Shown piece after piece: positions 22,465-34,406 of a stretch of DNA of 64,000 nt. Every line of letters begins with the position of its first letter. Positions within the stretch are counted from its first letter, which is position 1. The notes under the pieces were generated by a model, which saw nothing but the letters and a program-made list of their open reading frames with translations, was not told the origin of the DNA and ran no database searches. The DNA lies in the NCBI GenBank assembly GCA_965209055.1, contig OZ242374.1, positions 5,504,001 through 5,568,000 on the forward strand. The letters are read 5' to 3'. The stretch comes from Acidobacteriota bacterium. Its GTDB lineage: Bacteria > Acidobacteriota > UBA6911 > RPQK01 > JAJDTT01. The position numbers and the translations under genes are program-made.

Positions 22465-24941
22465 CGCGCCACCACGTTGACGAGCCGCTTCGGAATCACG
22501 ATCACCTTGACCACGTGCCGGCCCTCGATATGCCCCCGGATCCTCTCATCGGAAAGGGCCAGTTCCTCCATTTTCTCCGACGCCACATTGGCCGGAGCCT
22601 GGATCCGGGAACGGACTCTCCCGTTGACCTGGACCGCGAACTCCACCGTCTCCTCCCGGGCCAGATCGGGGTCGTACCGGGGCCAGGAAGCGGCTGCGAT
22701 CCCGTGACGATGCCCCAGGTTGGAATACATCTCCTCGGCGAAGTGGGGAGCGAAGGGGGCCAGCAGCAGGGCAATATTCGTCAGGGCCTCGTGGAACAGC
22801 TCCCGGTCCGGCCGGCCATGGTCCACATATTCCTGCACCGAATTCAGCAACTCCATGATGGCCGCGATGGCCGTGTTCTGGTGCATCCGCTCCAGGTCGC
22901 TCGTCACCTTCCGGATGGTCTGATGAAGCTTCCGCTGCAGGATGCGCGCCTGGGGAGAGGACTCGGCCGGACCCTTCGCGGCGGCCGCCATGCCGTCTTG
23001 CACCCAGTCGGTACGGTAACGATACAGCAACCTCCAAAGCCGCCCCAGAAAACGCCAGCAGCCCTCCAGTCCACGATCGTTCCAATCCAGGTCCCGGGCG
23101 GGCGGAGCGCAGAACTGGATGAACAGCCGGAGAGTGTCGGCGCCATACTTCCGGACGATCTCGTCCGGCTCGACCACGTTCCCAAGGGACTTGCTCATCT
23201 TGGCGCCGTCCTTGATGACCATGCCCTGAGTGAAGAGGGTGCGCACCGGTTCATCCAGCTCGACGATCCCCAGATCGCGCATCACCTTGGTGAAGAAGCG
23301 CATGTAGATCAGGTGGAGGATGGCGTGCTCCACGCCCCCGATGTAGATGTCGACCGGAAACCAGTAGCGCACCGCCTCCGGGCGAATCGCTGCATCCGAA
23401 TTGCGGGCGTCGGTATAGCGGTAGAAGTACCAGGAACTGTCCACGAAGGTGTCCATGGTGTCGGTTTCCCGCCGGGCCGCGCCGCCGCAGGCAGGGCAGA
23501 TCGTCCGGACGAATTCCGGGACCTGCGCCAGCGGGGAGCGCCCCAGGTCGATGCCTTCCATTCGAGGCAGCATCACGGGGAGTTGATCCTCCGGAACCGG
23601 GACCGTCCCGCACCGGGAGCAATAGACGATGGGGATCGGGGTCCCCCAGTAACGCTGGCGGCTCACGCCCCAATCCCGGAGCCGGTAGGAGACGGTGGCC
23701 TCGCCGAAGCCCTTCCGGGCGGCGTACTCGGCCATCTTCCGTTTCGCTTCGCCGGAGGCCAGTCCGGAGAAGGGCCCGCTGTCGACCAGCCTGCCCGGAT
23801 CGACGAAGGCCTGGTCCGGGTGGGCGGAAGGCGCTCCTTCAACCGGTTCGATCACGGTCCGTACCGGCAACCCGTATTTGCGGGCGAACTCCAAGTCTCG
23901 CTGGTCATGGGCCGGGACGGCCATGATGGCGCCGGTCCCGTATTCCATCAGCACGAAATTGGCCACCCAGATGGGAATCAGTTCCCCCCGGAACGGATTC
24001 CAGGCGTAGCGTCCGGTAAAGGCTCCCAGCTTCTCGGCATCCTCTGTGGTGCGATGGCTCCGGTCCTGGCGGCGCACCCGCTCCAACAGCGCCTTCAGCC
24101 GTCTTCCGTCGCTGTCGTCTCCCAACCAGGCCTTCACCATGGGATGCTCGGGAGCCAATACCATGAAGGTCGCTCCGCAGATGGTGTCCAACCGGGTGGT
24201 GAAGATGTCGATCCCCTCTCCGGAAGGGCCTCCGAGCCGGAAACGGACCCGGGCTCCGACCGACTTGCCGATCCAGTTGCGCTGCATGGAGATCACTCGT
24301 TCCGGCCAGTCCTCGAGCTGGTCCAGATCCCGGAGCAACTGCTCGGCGTAATCGGTGGTCCGAAAGTTCCACTGCTCCAGTTCCTTCTGGACCACGGGAC
24401 TGTCGTCGCGCCAGCAGAGGCCGTTGACCACCTGCTCGTTGGCCAGGACCGTCTGGCACTCCTCGCACCAGTTGACGGTCCCCCGGCTCCTGTAGGCCAG
24501 GCCCCGGTCGTACATCCGGAGAAAAAACCATTGGTTCCAGCGGTAGTACTCCGGGGTGCAGGTGGCCAGCTCCCGGCGCCAGTCGTAGGACCAACCCATG
24601 CGCCGGCACTGCTGCTTCATCCGCTCGATGTTCTTCAGCGTCCATGTTTCCGGCGGCACCTGGTGGCGAATGGCGGCGTTCTCGGCGGGAAGTCCGAAGG
24701 CGTCCCAGCCGATGGGATGCAGGACGTTGAAGCCCTGCATCGATCGGAACCGGGCTATGGAATCGCCCAGCGAGTAGTTGCGTACGTGGCCGAGATGGAG
24801 CGCTCCGGAGGGGTACGGAAGCATCTCCAGAACGTAGTATTTGGGCTGGTTCCGGTTCTCGGCGACGACGAATTCGCGGTTCTCCTCCCAGCGTTTCTGC
24901 CACTTGGACTCGATCGTCCGGAAATCGTACTGCTCCTGCAT
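22461..24941 (-). CDS. leuS: Leucine-tRNA ligase
   Basis: [11 protein letters not shown] (HIGH), [18 protein letters not shown]; start at ATG 24941. Confidence 0.97.
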   Translation of the reverse strand: MQEQYDFRTIESKWQKRWEENREFVVAENRNQPKYYVLEMLPYPSGALHLGHVRNYSLGDSIARFRSMQGFNVLHPIGWDAFGLPAENAAIRHQVPPETWTLKNIERMKQQCRRMGWSYDWRRELATCTPEYYRWNQWFFLRMYDRGLAYRSRGTVNWCEECQTVLANEQVVNGLCWRDDSPVVQKELEQWNFRTTDYAEQLLRDLDQLEDWPERVISMQRNWIGKSVGARVRFRLGGPSGEGIDIFTTRLDTICGATFMVLAPEHPMVKAWLGDDSDGRRLKALLERVRRQDRSHRTTEDAEKLGAFTGRYAWNPFRGELIPIWVANFVLMEYGTGAIMAVPAHDQRDLEFARKYGLPVRTVIEPVEGAPSAHPDQAFVDPGRLVDSGPFSGLASGEAKRKMAEYAARKGFGEATVSYRLRDWGVSRQRYWGTPIPIVYCSRCGTVPVPEDQLPVMLPRMEGIDLGRSPLAQVPEFVRTICPACGGAARRETDTMDTFVDSSWYFYRYTDARNSDAAIRPEAVRYWFPVDIYIGGVEHAILHLIYMRFFTKVMRDLGIVELDEPVRTLFTQGMVIKDGAKMSKSLGNVVEPDEIVRKYGADTLRLFIQFCAPPARDLDWNDRGLEGCWRFLGRLWRLLYRYRTDWVQDGMAAAAKGPAESSPQARILQRKLHQTIRKVTSDLERMHQNTAIAAIMELLNSVQEYVDHGRPDRELFHEALTNIALLLAPFAPHFAEEMYSNLGHRHGIAAASWPRYDPDLAREETVEFAVQVNGRVRSRIQAPANVASEKMEELALSDERIRGHIEGRHVVKVIVIPKRLVNVVAR

Positions 24942-24954
24942 TGCGAACCGATCT

Positions 24955-25527
24955 CTATGCCAGGTCCCGGCCGGCCTGCAACCGGGACAGGGTGATTTCC
25001 CGCTGTGCCTGGTACTTGCCTTTCCGGTCGGCGTAGGAAACGCGGCAGACGTCGCGAGCCCGAAGAAAGAGGAGTTGGGCAATGCCCTCTCCCGAATGGA
25101 TCCTCACGGGTACGGGACCGTTGTTGATCACCGACATGGTCAGTCGCCCTTCCCATTCCGGCTCCAGTGGCGTGACGTTGACCGATACTCCACACCGCGC
25201 ATATGTCGATTTGCCGACACAAACGCCCAGGATGTCCCTGGGAATACGAAAGTACTCATAGGACCGGCAGAGGACGAAGCTCCGGGCGGGGATCAGGCAG
25301 GAATCCCCCTCGTAGTCCCGGTAGCAGCGCTCCGACGTCCGCTTGGGATCCAGAACCGGACTTTCACCGTCCTGAAACAATTTGTACTTCCGGTCCACCC
25401 GGAAGTCATAACCGTAGGAGGAGACTCCGTAGGAGATGGTCCCCTGCCCGACCAGGCTCTCTTCGAAAGGATCGATCATCCCGTCAAGCGCCTTGCGAGC
25501 GATCCAGTGGTCCGGCCGTATGCTCAT
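24955..25527 (-). CDS. dcd: dCTP deaminase
   Basis: [38 protein letters not shown]. Confidence 0.93.
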   Translation of the reverse strand: MSIRPDHWIARKALDGMIDPFEESLVGQGTISYGVSSYGYDFRVDRKYKLFQDGESPVLDPKRTSERCYRDYEGDSCLIPARSFVLCRSYEYFRIPRDILGVCVGKSTYARCGVSVNVTPLEPEWEGRLTMSVINNGPVPVRIHSGEGIAQLLFLRARDVCRVSYADRKGKYQAQREITLSRLQAGRDLA

Positions 25528-25643
25528 GGGCTTCACTCAGCGAATCGCGAAAGTCTACCAGTCTCCCGCCCGGAATTCCCCATCCTGAAAAGTGCGGTCC
25601 CGGCCCGGGAATGACTTCTTCTTCACGGAGCCTGAACCGAACC

Positions 25644-25673
25644 TTGACATCCCGAACCTATGACCAGTATAAG
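25644..25673 (+). promoter_or_regulatory. Sigma70-like promoter for the HU/IHF gene
   Basis: TTGACA (25644) - 18 bp - TATAAG (25668), 35 bp upstream of the start codon. Confidence 0.55.
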
Positions 25674-25708
25674 ACAACGGCTAGCAACTCAGGGGGCATT
25701 TCCAAGCC

Positions 25709-25975
25709 GTGATCAAACAAGACATTGTGTCACGCGTCTCCGAAAGGGTGGGACTGACCAAGGTGAGGTCCGAAGAGGCCGTCGACACCGTGTTGGAGGT
25801 GTTGAAGCGCGCCCTGAAGCATGGGGAACGCATTGAGTTGCGGGGCTTCGGAGTCTTTCTGGTCAAGCCGCGGAAGAGCGGCATCGGCCGCAATCCCAGG
25901 ACGGGCGCCGTGGTCCCCATTCCTCCCGGCAAGACCGTTCGCTTCAAACCCGGGAAAGAAATCCGCTCCGGCTGA
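25709..25975 (+). CDS. HU/IHF-family DNA-binding protein
   Basis: ELRGFGVF, GRNPRTG, VRFKPGK. Confidence 0.93.
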   Translation: MIKQDIVSRVSERVGLTKVRSEEAVDTVLEVLKRALKHGERIELRGFGVFLVKPRKSGIGRNPRTGAVVPIPPGKTVRFKPGKEIRSG

Positions 25976-26006
25976 CCTCCCTGCCTCCGGACGAGTTCCT
26001 AAGTTA

Positions 26007-26945
26007 GTGACGAAACGTTCTCCCCAAGACGGGAACCTGCCGGCGCCGGCGCCGGAGAAGCCCCGTTTCAAGCTGGCCCTTCTGCTGCTCCTCGTCACCC
26101 TCGTCACAACCTTGTGGGCCGGGTCATTCTGGCACATCAGCTTCATGATGGGCACCGGTCAATCCGCGCCCGACACGGTGGGTTTCCTCGTGTGGCCGGA
26201 TCTCCTTCTCGGAATCCCGTACGCGATCAGCGTCCTGGCGATTCTCCTGGCTCACGAATTGGGTCACTATCTCACCTGCCGCTACTACGGAATCCGGGCG
26301 ACGCTTCCGTATGCGATTCCGGCTCCGATACCCTTTCCCTTTGGCACGCTGGGGGCCGTGATCCGGATCAAGTCTCCGTTCCGGGACCGGCGCCAACTGT
26401 TCGACGTGGGCATCGCCGGACCCCTGGCGGGATTCGCGCTCATCGTCCCGGCGCTCATCATCGGGCTGGGATATTCCACCGACTTCACTCCACCCGCTCC
26501 CGGCGGCACAACCTACGAGTTCGGAGAACCCCTTCTCTTCCGCCTGGCGGCGGAACTCTTCGTTCCGGCCGGTGAGGACTGGAACATCAACCTCCATCCC
26601 ATCGGCTGGGCGGCATGGTTCGGGATGCTGGCCACGGGGATGAATCTGCTGCCCATCGGCCAGCTCGACGGAGGCCACATGGTCTACGCCCTGCTGGGGC
26701 GCCGGGGACACCGGACGGTATCCTACGCCACCCTGGGCGGACTGGTGGCGTTGGGAATCTGGTGCTTCTACGGTTACCTGTGTTTCGCGGTGATTCTGGT
26801 CTTCATGGGCCTGAGGCACCCGCCGCCCAGCATACAGACCGGACCGCTGGACCGGCGGCGCATCCTGGCCGCCGTCGCCGGCCTTCTGCTGCTGATCCTC
26901 ACGTTCATTCCGACGCCGGTCAGGGTCATCGACGCGCCGTTGTAG
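26007..26945 (+). CDS. Site-2 protease (peptidase M50)
   Basis: HELGH, GIAGPLAG, NLLPIGQLDGGH; start (GTG 26007) uncertain. Confidence 0.88.
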   Translation: MTKRSPQDGNLPAPAPEKPRFKLALLLLLVTLVTTLWAGSFWHISFMMGTGQSAPDTVGFLVWPDLLLGIPYAISVLAILLAHELGHYLTCRYYGIRATLPYAIPAPIPFPFGTLGAVIRIKSPFRDRRQLFDVGIAGPLAGFALIVPALIIGLGYSTDFTPPAPGGTTYEFGEPLLFRLAAELFVPAGEDWNINLHPIGWAAWFGMLATGMNLLPIGQLDGGHMVYALLGRRGHRTVSYATLGGLVALGIWCFYGYLCFAVILVFMGLRHPPPSIQTGPLDRRRILAAVAGLLLLILTFIPTPVRVIDAPL

Positions 26946-26967
26946 CGATCCTGGCCGGCTGCGGCGG

Positions 26968-27747
26968 TCAGGATCGGAAAGTCTCCGTGAATTCCTTCCA
27001 GATCCGGGAATAACCTTGCTGCAGAATGATGATGGCCGCCCCGCAGACGAAGAAACGGGCTCCCTTCTCGTAGTAGGGCTTCGCCGCCTCCGGACTCGCC
27101 ACCGGAATGCCCCACCATTTGCCGTGACGGCGGCAGGCCTCGGCGACCCGGTCCACGGCCTGCAGGATGAGGGGGTGCCCTCCCTGGGTGGGGACGCCAT
27201 AGCTCTGGGTCAGATCGCCGGGCCCCACCATGACCCCGTCCAAACCCTCGACCGCCAGGATTTCATCGATGTCCTCGACTCCTTCCTTGTCTTCGATCTG
27301 GATCGAGACCAGGGTCTCCTCGTTGGCGGACGCCATATATTCGGGCATCGGCTCCATGCCGTAGTTGGAGGCGACCTCCACGCCGTCCATGCCCCGCTGT
27401 CCCAGGGGATGGAAGCGGCTGTTGCGAACCACGTCCCGGGCCTCCGCCGCCGAGCAGACGTGTGGAACCATGATGCCGTTCGCCCCCGCCTCGAGGCAGC
27501 GGAAATAACTCCAATAGGGACCCTTCCTCATGCGGACCAGCGGGTCCATCCCGGAGGCCCGGCAGGCCAGCCCCATGGCGAAGAGCTGGTCGTAGTCGTA
27601 GTCCTGATGCTCCATGTCGATCCAGACGCCGTCGAATCCGATGAGCCCGATCATTTCGATGAGCTTGGGCGAAGAATAGGGAGTGGGACAGGCCAGCATG
27701 ACCGCCTCACCCCGCCTCAGTTTGTGCAAAATTTCGTTCTTTCTCAT
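26968..27747 (-). CDS. HpcH/HpaI aldolase family protein
   Basis: GFDGVWIDMEH, GIMVPHV, QIE, VGPGDL. Confidence 0.88.
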   Translation of the reverse strand: MRKNEILHKLRRGEAVMLACPTPYSSPKLIEMIGLIGFDGVWIDMEHQDYDYDQLFAMGLACRASGMDPLVRMRKGPYWSYFRCLEAGANGIMVPHVCSAAEARDVVRNSRFHPLGQRGMDGVEVASNYGMEPMPEYMASANEETLVSIQIEDKEGVEDIDEILAVEGLDGVMVGPGDLTQSYGVPTQGGHPLILQAVDRVAEACRRHGKWWGIPVASPEAAKPYYEKGARFFVCGAAIIILQQGYSRIWKEFTETFRS

Positions 27748-27871
27748 GACCTCCTCTTGTCCTCCCTGACTCCGTAACGCCGCCGATGCCGACAAGCCTC
27801 GTAAGGTATCCTCTTGGCCGAATCGACTGCAACTTGCGAGTCGACGCAAAAACCGCTGACGAGGAGAAGAC

Positions 27872-28603
27872 ATGAACGAATCCAGTTCCTTGCCGCAGGA
27901 TGTCCTGGAGATGCTGAGGCAATTTGACACCCCGACCATCTGCAACGTGATCGAGCTCTTCGACGTGCGTCCCAGGACCTCCGGCTACATGGACCAGAGA
28001 ATCAAGGCCCACTTCCCCGAGATGCCCCCCATGGTGGGGTACGCGACCACCGCCACCTATCGTTCCTCGGCGCCGCCGCAGGGAGCGGACGTCTACGACG
28101 CCATGGAGAAACAACTCTCCGTTCTCAAGCAACGCCCCGGACCCCACGTCATCGTTTTTCAGGATCTGGACGATCCGTCGACGGCGGCCACCTTCGGCGA
28201 GGTGATGTGCACCTCCTACCAAACCTTCGGCGCGGTCGGGCTTGTGACCAGCGGGACCGGCCGCGACCTGGACCAGGTCCGGCAAATCGGTTTCCCCGTC
28301 TTCAGCAGCGGCACCAACTGCTCCCACGGCTATTGCCACACCCTCCACGTGGATGTCCCGGTGCACGTCGGCGGGCTCACCGTGCGGCCGGGCGATCTGC
28401 TCCACGGCGACGCCAACGGCGTGACGAACATACCCGGGGAAATCGCCGCGGAAGTGGCTCGTCTCTGCCCGGAATTCGTTGCGGCCGAAGAGGTGGTGCT
28501 GGACTGTCTTCGCACCCACGGGCCCGATCTGTCCAGACTCCAGGAGGCCCGGAGGGAGTGCCGGAGGCGCATCGCCCGGCTCGCCGAGCGGCTCACCGGC
28601 TGA
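27872..28603 (+). CDS. RraA-like / HMG aldolase family protein
   Basis: FGEVM, GTGRDLDQV, VRPGDLLHGDANGV. Confidence 0.85.
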   Translation: MNESSSLPQDVLEMLRQFDTPTICNVIELFDVRPRTSGYMDQRIKAHFPEMPPMVGYATTATYRSSAPPQGADVYDAMEKQLSVLKQRPGPHVIVFQDLDDPSTAATFGEVMCTSYQTFGAVGLVTSGTGRDLDQVRQIGFPVFSSGTNCSHGYCHTLHVDVPVHVGGLTVRPGDLLHGDANGVTNIPGEIAAEVARLCPEFVAAEEVVLDCLRTHGPDLSRLQEARRECRRRIARLAERLTG

Positions 28604-28609
28604 GATTCT

Positions 28610-29479
28610 TCAGATTCGGACCAGAGACTCCGCCATTCCCCGCACCAGAAGCTCCATGGACCGGTAGTTCAAGGTCTCGGGAAGGTCCGAGGAACGGTGG
28701 TAGTGCCGATTCCGGAAGAAGGCGGTGTCGGTCACCATCAGGGCCGGATAGCCCTCCTGCCAGAAGGACCAGTTGTCCGAGAGGTCGACGCCGGGAACGA
28801 AGGGGAGGGCGATTTGCTCCACCGGCAGGTCCCCGCGGGCCGAGAGGAGACGGGACAGGCGCCGGACCAGATGCCGGGACGCGTAGTTTCCCGCCACGGC
28901 GATGAAGTTCCCCCGGTCGGGATAGAACCAGCGCATCAACGAAATGGGATGGCCCTGGGAACCGCGGGCATCGCTGTAGTAGCCCACCATCTCCAGCGAG
29001 ATCATGCCCCGGATCGAATCACCCCGCCGCCGGCAGCGCCGGGCGTAGACCCGGCTCCCCATGGATTCGGTCTTGAAATGGGGAGACTCCTCCAGCGTGA
29101 ACGCCACCCAACGGATCGAACCGGCGGCGGGTTCGTCCCTCAGGACCCGGGCCAGCTCCAGGAGAACCGCCACGCCGCTGGCGTTGTCGTCGGCGCCCGG
29201 GGAACCCAACGCCGTGTCGTAGTGGGCGCCGACCACCAGGACAGGATCGCTGGAGGACGCTCCGGGAACCGTGGCGACGACGTTTCGATACTCCTTTCCG
29301 CCGTATTCGTACTGGTCGTGGCCGATCCGGTATCCGGACTGCGTGAAGACTTCTTCGATGTACTCCCTGGCCCGCTCCAGGCGGCGGTAGCGGTGGGAAT
29401 TCCTCTCTCCCACGACTCCGGCCAGGAACCGGACGTGCCCTCTCAACCTGAATTGAAGCTCACCCGTCAGGTCCGGCAT
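28610..29479 (-). CDS. Peptidase M28 family protein
   Basis: VGAHYD, GADDNASG, LEE, SD, TDTAFFRN-HYH; start uncertain (29479 or 29521). Confidence 0.85.
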   Translation of the reverse strand: MPDLTGELQFRLRGHVRFLAGVVGERNSHRYRRLERAREYIEEVFTQSGYRIGHDQYEYGGKEYRNVVATVPGASSSDPVLVVGAHYDTALGSPGADDNASGVAVLLELARVLRDEPAAGSIRWVAFTLEESPHFKTESMGSRVYARRCRRRGDSIRGMISLEMVGYYSDARGSQGHPISLMRWFYPDRGNFIAVAGNYASRHLVRRLSRLLSARGDLPVEQIALPFVPGVDLSDNWSFWQEGYPALMVTDTAFFRNRHYHRSSDLPETLNYRSMELLVRGMAESLVRI

Positions 29480-29568
29480 CCGGGATCCATTATAGAGAAC
29501 CCGGATCCGGCGGCTTGCCATCGGCGGCGCCGGGAGGTCAGAATGTCGCCGGCTGCACGGTAATCGAC

Positions 29569-30888
29569 ATGAAAGAATCAGAGACTCCCCGCCCCGTCCG
29601 ACTCATCATCTTGAATCCAGGTCACTTCCACGCGACCCTGGTGCTGAAGACCTCCTACCCCCAGGTGTCGCCGGAAGTGCACGTCTTTGCTCCCGATGGT
29701 CCGGAGGCTGTGGACCATGTCCAGAGAGTCGAGGGATTCAACCGTCGGAAGCAGGACCCGACCCGCTGGCGGCAGGAGGTCTACAAGGGACCCGACTACC
29801 TGGAACGCATGTTGAGACGCCGTCCGGGCAACGTGGTGGTGGTGGCGGGAAACAACCGGCGAAAGGCCCAGTACATCCACGAGAGCGTTCAATCGGGGCT
29901 CAACGTCCTCTCGGACAAACCCATGTGCGTCAGTCATGAGGCATGGAAGGTTCTGGAAACGGCCTTCTCGACAGCGGAAGAGAAGGGACTCCTGATCTAC
30001 GACATCATGACCGAGCGCTTCGAGATCACGACGATCCTGCAACGGGAACTCGCCCAATGTCCGCACGTCATCGGCGCGCCGGTCGGCGGAGACTCCCGGG
30101 ATCCGGGAATCGTCAAGGACAGCGTCCACCATCTCTTCAAGGAGGTCGCCGGACAGACTCTGATTCGCCCGGAGTGGTATTTCGACGTCGAACAGCAGGG
30201 CGAGGGGATCGTGGACGTGTCCACCCACCTGGTGGACCTGGTGTTCTGGCAGGGGTTCCCCGGCGAAGCGGTCGACCGTTCCCGGATCCAGGTGCTGGCG
30301 GCCCGCCATTGGCCCACGGTCCTGAGCCGGGAGCAATACGGACAGATCACGGGCAAGAAGGACTTTGCCCCCTTCCTGCGCAAGAACCTGGACCGGGACG
30401 GGCGCCTTGCCTATTTCTGCAATGGAGAGTTCCTTTTGCGGGTGGACGACCTTCACGCCAGGATCTCCGTGGCCTGGGACTTCGAGGCGCCCCCAGGAGG
30501 CGGCGACACCCACTTTTCGGTGATTCGCGGCACCCGGGCGCATCTCTGCATCCTCCAGGGGAAGGAGCAGGGATACCGGCCCGAGTTGACGATCCGGCCC
30601 GCGCCGGGAGCCGATGCCGGATTGCTGGAGCGGGGACTTCGGCGTTTTATCGAGGAAATCTCCGACCGGTATCCGGGCCTGGCCCTGGAACCATGGGAAT
30701 CGGGTTGGCAGGTGTCGATTCCCGACCGCTACCGTGTCGGACACGAGGCGCACTTCGGAGAAGTCACCAGCAAATACCTCGGTTTCCTGGAATCGGGTTC
30801 CATGCCCCAATGGGAGATCACCAACATGATCTCCAAGTACTACGTGACCACCCGGGCCCTGGAGATGGCCCGCGCGGATTCATCCTGA
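29569..30888 (+). CDS. Putative oxidoreductase (Gfo/Idh/MocA-related)
   Basis: PGHFHATLV, NVLSDKPM, YDIMTERFE, GHEAHF motifs. Confidence 0.7.
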   Translation: MKESETPRPVRLIILNPGHFHATLVLKTSYPQVSPEVHVFAPDGPEAVDHVQRVEGFNRRKQDPTRWRQEVYKGPDYLERMLRRRPGNVVVVAGNNRRKAQYIHESVQSGLNVLSDKPMCVSHEAWKVLETAFSTAEEKGLLIYDIMTERFEITTILQRELAQCPHVIGAPVGGDSRDPGIVKDSVHHLFKEVAGQTLIRPEWYFDVEQQGEGIVDVSTHLVDLVFWQGFPGEAVDRSRIQVLAARHWPTVLSREQYGQITGKKDFAPFLRKNLDRDGRLAYFCNGEFLLRVDDLHARISVAWDFEAPPGGGDTHFSVIRGTRAHLCILQGKEQGYRPELTIRPAPGADAGLLERGLRRFIEEISDRYPGLALEPWESGWQVSIPDRYRVGHEAHFGEVTSKYLGFLESGSMPQWEITNMISKYYVTTRALEMARADSS

Positions 30889-30910
30889 TACCGATTCGCC
30901 CGGGAGCGAG

Positions 30911-32665
30911 TCATCCCCTGCGGTGGGTCGCAATCAGGTAGGCCGCCGCCCCCCAGACGGCCAGCACCACAACAACGCCTGCATTGGCCAAGCCGCGTTC
31001 GGCGGTCCAAAGAATCGAATATCCCAGGGCTCCCGGAAAGAGCGCGTAGTAGGCAAACGGAATCAGCGTCCTGCGCAACACCAGGCCCTCGCGGCCCACC
31101 AGCCCCACGACGGCCGAAGCCGCCACCACGTTGTGCACGCAGATCATGTTGCCGGCGGCGCCGCCGACGACCTGGAGCGCAACAACCCACGTGGGATCGA
31201 CGCCGACCCTCTCCCCGACCCCAAACTGGAACAAGGAGAACATCATGTTGCTCACCGTATTGCTGCCGGCCACGAACGCCCCCAGGCCCCCGATCAGCGG
31301 GGAGAAAAAGGGCCAGGCCGAGCCGGCCACGGCGGCCACACCGTCAGCCAGAACGATGGGCATCTTCTCCAAACCCGAGTCCCCGCCCCCGCTGTGGATG
31401 AAGACCTGGACCATGGGCACCGTGAAGACCAGAGCGGCGGACGCCGTCAGCATGGTCCGGGCGGATTTGCTCCAGGCCCTCCTGAAACGAGTCCATTCCA
31501 TGGAATGCAGAAAGAAGGTCAGGCAACAGACAAGAATGAAGATGGTCCCGGGAAGATAGAGCGGACGCACGGAGGCCGTGATATCGGTCCCGAAGAGTTC
31601 CGGCAGAGTGATGGTCCAGGAATTGACCCAGCCCAGAAACGGCAGTTCCCGGAGACGAGTCAAGACCAGAAGCACCGCCACCAGCAGATAAGGAAGCCAT
31701 GACCGCAGTGCACCCAATTCCACCCGGGCGCCTCCGGAGCCCCCGACCTGCACGGTGCCGGACCACTCCGCCGGCCAGCGCGTCCGGTCGTCGAACTCCC
31801 AGTATTCCTCCCGCGCGGGCATGAGAAAGCCCTTTTTGGCCGCCCCGGCGACCACGGCCAGTCCGAACAAGCCTCCGAACATGGAGGGGAATTCGGGCCC
31901 CAGCAGCCACGCCGCCAGCAGGTACGGGAGCGTCATGGCGAAAGCGGAGAAAAGGGCGAACTTCCAGACCTGGAGGCCTTCCCGGTAGGAACGATTCCGG
32001 CCGAAGAACCGGGTCAGGAGCGCGAGCACAAAGAGGGGGACGAGAGTGCCTGTCACCGTGTGGAGCAAGGCAACCTTGGTTCCGATCATGATCAGGAACT
32101 GCGACCAGTCCGCAAAGCCGGCTTGGGAGGAGAAGGAAACCACGGCGGGGTCCGCCGAGAGTCCCGTGTTCACACCCACCAGGATCGGGGTCCCGACGGC
32201 TCCGAAGGAAACCGGAGTGCTCTGAATGATCATTCCCGCCATCACCGCGCCCAGGGCGGGAAAACCGAGCGCGACCAGGAGGGGCACGGCCACCGCCGCC
32301 GGCGTCCCGAAACCGGCCGCCCCCTCGATGAAGGAGCCGAAGAGCCAGGCGATGATGATGACCTGGATCCGGCGGTCCGGCGTGATATCGGTGAAGATGC
32401 GGCGAATGGTGCCCAGAGCTCCACTCTCCTCCAGGGTATTCAGGAGCAGGATGGCCCCGAACACGATGTAGAGCAGGGAGAGCGCAACCACCAGGCCGTT
32501 CACGGAGGCGGCCGCCACCTGAGCCGGAGGAACCTTCCAGACCAGGAGAGCCAGTCCCGCCGCGGTGACGTAGGAAATGGGCATGGCCCGGCTGGCCGGC
32601 CAACGGAGGCCGACCAGGAAGAGACCGACGACGGCAATGGGGAGCAGGGACAGCAGTGCCAACAC
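30911..32665 (-). CDS. L-lactate/glycolate permease (LctP family)
   Basis: [38 protein letters not shown]. Confidence 0.9.
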   Translation of the reverse strand: MLALLSLLPIAVVGLFLVGLRWPASRAMPISYVTAAGLALLVWKVPPAQVAAASVNGLVVALSLLYIVFGAILLLNTLEESGALGTIRRIFTDITPDRRIQVIIIAWLFGSFIEGAAGFGTPAAVAVPLLVALGFPALGAVMAGMIIQSTPVSFGAVGTPILVGVNTGLSADPAVVSFSSQAGFADWSQFLIMIGTKVALLHTVTGTLVPLFVLALLTRFFGRNRSYREGLQVWKFALFSAFAMTLPYLLAAWLLGPEFPSMFGGLFGLAVVAGAAKKGFLMPAREEYWEFDDRTRWPAEWSGTVQVGGSGGARVELGALRSWLPYLLVAVLLVLTRLRELPFLGWVNSWTITLPELFGTDITASVRPLYLPGTIFILVCCLTFFLHSMEWTRFRRAWSKSARTMLTASAALVFTVPMVQVFIHSGGGDSGLEKMPIVLADGVAAVAGSAWPFFSPLIGGLGAFVAGSNTVSNMMFSLFQFGVGERVGVDPTWVVALQVVGGAAGNMICVHNVVAASAVVGLVGREGLVLRRTLIPFAYYALFPGALGYSILWTAERGLANAGVVVVLAVWGAAAYLIATHRRG

Positions 32666-32706
32666 GATTTATTTATTTCGATACGCAAGCGGGCGCCGGC
32701 CGCCGG

Positions 32707-34380
32707 TTAGAAGGCATCCGGTCCGGCGGCAATCCTGGCCAGGTCGCCGCGCGTGTAGGAGCCCAGACTCCTGAAGTCCAGTTCCGTATAGTTCCTGACC
32801 CACTGCAGAGCGATCTTGTAGGAATCCCGATAGCGGCCGGCTGCGCCGGTCCCGGACGAGGCCGCCCCACTCAACTCCAGGATGCTCTCCAACTCCTCCC
32901 CCAGCAGCCTCTTGACCAGAGCGAAATCGTGCCTCCGGCCGGTTTCGGCATCCTGGGCTTCGTGGAGCACTCTCTGGGCAATCTGGGCCACCGAGATCCG
33001 GGCCGTGGCCAGGTCCTCCATCAGGGCCGGCCTCTTGCCCGGCTGCCCCGCCAGACTGTCGATTCCCTTGGCGCCCCGCCCGTTGAGCCACCCCTCCAGG
33101 TACTCCAGCAGCATGCGCGCGTTCCGGCGCGTCCCCGCCTCGGTGATGGGACCCTCGGGGACGGTGATCTCGATGGGGTAGTTCTCGGGCCGCGCCATTT
33201 CCGGCGATGGCGTCCAGCCCGAACCCCTCAATTTCCGAAAGGGATCCGCCGCCGTCTTCATGTGAAAGATATGGGCCACCCATCCCCGGAGAAATCCCTG
33301 CTCGGCCTCCCATTGTTTGTCGGCCCGAATCGCTTCCGCCGCCACCTGGTTCACCTCGGCGTCGCGGCTCGGCAACGCCGTGGCCATGCCGCCGATGGGC
33401 ACGGCGCCGCGCTTGAGACAGATGGCCACCAGGCGGCGAAAGATCCGCGTCAGAAAATCGGTGGTCTTGATGTCCACGTCGAAACGGTCGGGCCAAACCG
33501 AATCCGGGTCCGCCATCACGTACTCCAGGATGCTGGCCTTGAAGTCCCAGCGCGCCGCGTTGAGCCCGGCCGCGTACTCTCCCAGCGCGTAAAGTATCTC
33601 TTCCATCTGGAAGGCGGCGGGAACCGACTCCACCAGGGCAATGGCCCGGATCGTGGCGCTCCGGAGACCCGGCAGAAGATCCTGGCTCGCGGCGAAGAAA
33701 TCTCTCCAAAAAGCCGCTTCCCCGGCCGACTCCATCTTGGGAAGGTAGAAGTAGATCCCCTGACCCCTTTGGGCCTGGGCCTGACCGGCATGAAAGAGAG
33801 TCAGCGCCGTTCCCAGGATGCTGGCGGAAACAGGCGCTCCGTCCACCAGGACCTCCGGCTCGTCCAGGTGGAGCCCCCGCTCCCGGTGCATGAAGAAGGG
33901 AAGGTCCCCGTCCGCGAGCTCGTACTTCTTTCCCTTGGCGGCGTTGTAGAAGGTCAGCGTGCGATCCACGGCGCCCTTCCGGTTGGCTGCCGCCTGCAGG
34001 GTGTCCACCAAGCGGTGGCCTGCCGAGTCCTCGTCGTCGTCCAGATCGCCCTGGGCGCGGAATCCATCCGGACCCGGATTCAGGGCATTGATGAACATGC
34101 TGGTAATGGAAGCGGGACCCGAGATTTCGATCCCCGGTTCGCGGAGTTCCTCGGGCACTTCGGGAACGCTCCAATCGCCGGTGGTGGCGTCGCTCGGAGG
34201 CAGGTGCGCCGGTCCGACGCCGTCGTGGAGGGCTCGTTTCACCACCTGAGCGCGCTTCGCTCGAAGTTCCAGGACGCGGCCTGCGAACTGATCGTGAAGG
34301 GCCAGCAGATAGTCCTGGAATTCAGGACTCATCAACTCGGCTGCGCCTGGAACCGGAGCACATTGGATTCGACTGCTCAT
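32707..34380 (-). CDS. Malate synthase (divergent, A-type size)
   Basis: EISGP, NALN, RERGLHL, YFYLPKME, GLNAARWD, IGGM, LMEDLATARIS. Confidence 0.82.
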   Translation of the reverse strand: MSSRIQCAPVPGAAELMSPEFQDYLLALHDQFAGRVLELRAKRAQVVKRALHDGVGPAHLPPSDATTGDWSVPEVPEELREPGIEISGPASITSMFINALNPGPDGFRAQGDLDDDEDSAGHRLVDTLQAAANRKGAVDRTLTFYNAAKGKKYELADGDLPFFMHRERGLHLDEPEVLVDGAPVSASILGTALTLFHAGQAQAQRGQGIYFYLPKMESAGEAAFWRDFFAASQDLLPGLRSATIRAIALVESVPAAFQMEEILYALGEYAAGLNAARWDFKASILEYVMADPDSVWPDRFDVDIKTTDFLTRIFRRLVAICLKRGAVPIGGMATALPSRDAEVNQVAAEAIRADKQWEAEQGFLRGWVAHIFHMKTAADPFRKLRGSGWTPSPEMARPENYPIEITVPEGPITEAGTRRNARMLLEYLEGWLNGRGAKGIDSLAGQPGKRPALMEDLATARISVAQIAQRVLHEAQDAETGRRHDFALVKRLLGEELESILELSGAASSGTGAAGRYRDSYKIALQWVRNYTELDFRSLGSYTRGDLARIAAGPDAF

Positions 34381-34406
34381 TCTCTTCCCTCCTCCTGAAT
34401 GCAATC

